A stretch of DNA of 64,000 nt from the NCBI GenBank assembly GCA_000004985.1, contig GG738919.1. The stretch is one strand, 5' to 3'. This stretch comes from Naegleria gruberi. Taxonomy: Eukaryota. The number at the start of each line of letters is the position of its first letter. Positions within the stretch are counted from its first letter, which is position 1. The position numbers and the translations under genes are program-made. A model generated the notes under the pieces. The model was not told where the DNA came from. It worked only from the letters and a program-made list of their open reading frames with translations, and did no database searches. This document shows positions 62,912 to 64,000 of the stretch, piece after piece.

Positions 62912-64000
62912 ATGAGCAATTTTACCAACCACTCACAAAATAATAACTCGTCCGCTTCCTGTACTGCTGTTGGAGGTTCGAACAATAACAACAACAATAG
63001 CTCTCAATTTAACAACAACAATAATACAACCGTGAGTGTGATTGAGGAGAATATTAGTCAATCTACTAGTAATAATCACCCTTCTCAAACAAAAGGACAG
63101 CCTCCCCCACGTATGTTGGCTCATTCTAACAGCAATACACAACGACATTCCGTCGATTCCTATACACCTCAAGTTATTAGTAATAACATGTCTGATATTT
63201 ATCAAAGGAGAGTTGGCTCATCAATAACAGGATCAGATTCAAGCCTCTCCTCAACATCTACATCATCCACTTCTATCATCAAATCACTACAACAATCCTT
63301 TACAACCTATTCAATAGTTCTTCAAGATCGCGAAAAGCTTAAAGGATGGAAGAATGTACTTTTATTTGCCTTTCTTAATATTTATGTATTGTGGGCATCC
63401 GTGGCGATACCTAGTCAAGGAAATTATAATTATGGGGATATTGGATCATGGATTTGGAAGGCAATTAATTTTCCAGTGACCCTTTCACTTGATTTGATCC
63501 CTTACGAGGTAGGGATAGCTCTCTCTTCAATATGTATTGCCTTTTCAATTCTGGGAATTTTAATGTTCCTTATTTCTTCTAGGGCAGTGTACAATTCGAG
63601 CAAGTACACAAACATTCTCAAAAAACTGTTTAGAATCTATGGAATTATATTTCAGTTCATTGTCTATACAATGATCTTTATAATGAGTGGATTTTTCAAT
63701 TGTGATGAATCAAAGACTGTAGTTTTGGAGGGTTATGATGAGCCACAAACAGTGCTGAGGAGATATCCTACCACTCCATGTTCTTCAACAGCTAATATTA
63801 TTTTGGTGATCATTAATGCTTTGGGAATTTTAGTGCTCTTCATTGATGCAGGTATTGTTGGATTGACTGTGACGAATGCTCATCCAAAGAGCTCAACACT
63901 CTTCATTACAGATACTTCATACTTTTCTGTAATTTTCAATTGGGTCTCAATGTTTCAAATCTTGGTTGTATATGTAATACCTCAACAATATTTTTATATT
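62912..64000 (+). CDS. Partial CDS running off the window end: multi-pass membrane protein with an N/S-rich N-terminus (at least 363 aa). This ORF is not in the track.
   Basis: I translated frame 2 by hand from the ATG at 62912: MSNFTNHSQNNNSSASCTAV...KGWKNVLLFAFLNIYVLWASVAIP...GIALSSICIAFSILGILMFLISS...FQFIVYTMIFIMSGFF... with no stop before position 64000. It has four or more hydrophobic helices. The track presumably lists only stop-bounded ORFs. Confidence 0.45.
   Translation, partial: MSNFTNHSQNNNSSASCTAVGGSNNNNNNSSQFNNNNNTTVSVIEENISQSTSNNHPSQTKGQPPPRMLAHSNSNTQRHSVDSYTPQVISNNMSDIYQRRVGSSITGSDSSLSSTSTSSTSIIKSLQQSFTTYSIVLQDREKLKGWKNVLLFAFLNIYVLWASVAIPSQGNYNYGDIGSWIWKAINFPVTLSLDLIPYEVGIALSSICIAFSILGILMFLISSRAVYNSSKYTNILKKLFRIYGIIFQFIVYTMIFIMSGFFNCDESKTVVLEGYDEPQTVLRRYPTTPCSSTANIILVIINALGILVLFIDAGIVGLTVTNAHPKSSTLFITDTSYFSVIFNWVSMFQILVVYVIPQQYFYI

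Noticed and set aside
1-64000. A prokaryotic-style novel system (defence island, operon, CRISPR, toxin-antitoxin)
   Set aside because: The window is eukaryotic nuclear DNA: spliceosomal GTAAGT..AG introns, a eukaryotic tRNA, A-rich Kozak contexts, and gene families limited to eukaryotes (F-box, RCC1-BTB, API5, RhoGEF DH-PH, SH3). No direct-repeat arrays or operonic gene packing are present.

Overview
This window is eukaryotic nuclear DNA, not prokaryotic. Base composition is about 30-35% GC, ATG starts sit in A-rich contexts, ORFs are long, and short AT-rich GTAAGT...AG introns (about 45-185 nt) interrupt them. The proteins are full of poly-N/Q/S/T low-complexity tracts and there is a standard eukaryotic cytoplasmic tRNA-Lys(CUU). 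The best fit is a dictyostelid social amoeba (Amoebozoa), but the GC is too high for D. discoideum itself, so I read it as a Heterostelium/Cavenderia-like relative. That attribution is inference.

I can support about 35 protein-coding genes on both strands, several with one intron that I located by eye, and one tRNA. I see no CRISPR array, no operon and no obvious mobile element. Recognisable products include:
- a MAPEG microsomal GST
- two CHR/ChrA chromate-transporter paralogs
- an SH3-DH-PH RhoGEF and a second, very large RhoGEF
- a GST-zeta/maleylacetoacetate isomerase
- an Hsp70-family NBD-only protein
- a protein kinase fused to DUF4116 repeats, and a second divergent kinase
- an FAD-dependent monooxygenase-like protein
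- three F-box proteins and an RCC1+BTB protein
- a class I SAM methyltransferase
- a sterol-desaturase/fatty-acid-hydroxylase family enzyme
- a Sel1-repeat protein
- an API5 (apoptosis inhibitor 5) homolog
- an NmrA-like NAD(P)-binding protein
- an ADF-H domain protein

The most notable oddities are:
- a Ser/Asn-rich ORF with PP2C N-terminal motifs that ends at a splice donor, with no catalytic exons anywhere downstream
- a 77-codon Lys/Cys-rich ORF beside the tRNA that is absent from the supplied ORF track
- a frame break in a CAA repeat at the 5' end of the giant RhoGEF
- a 147-nt in-frame segment in the GST-zeta gene that may be an unrecognised intron
- a GC-rich island with a GTGAGT donor just upstream of a two-exon gene

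All functional calls come from motif recognition by eye, not from a database search.
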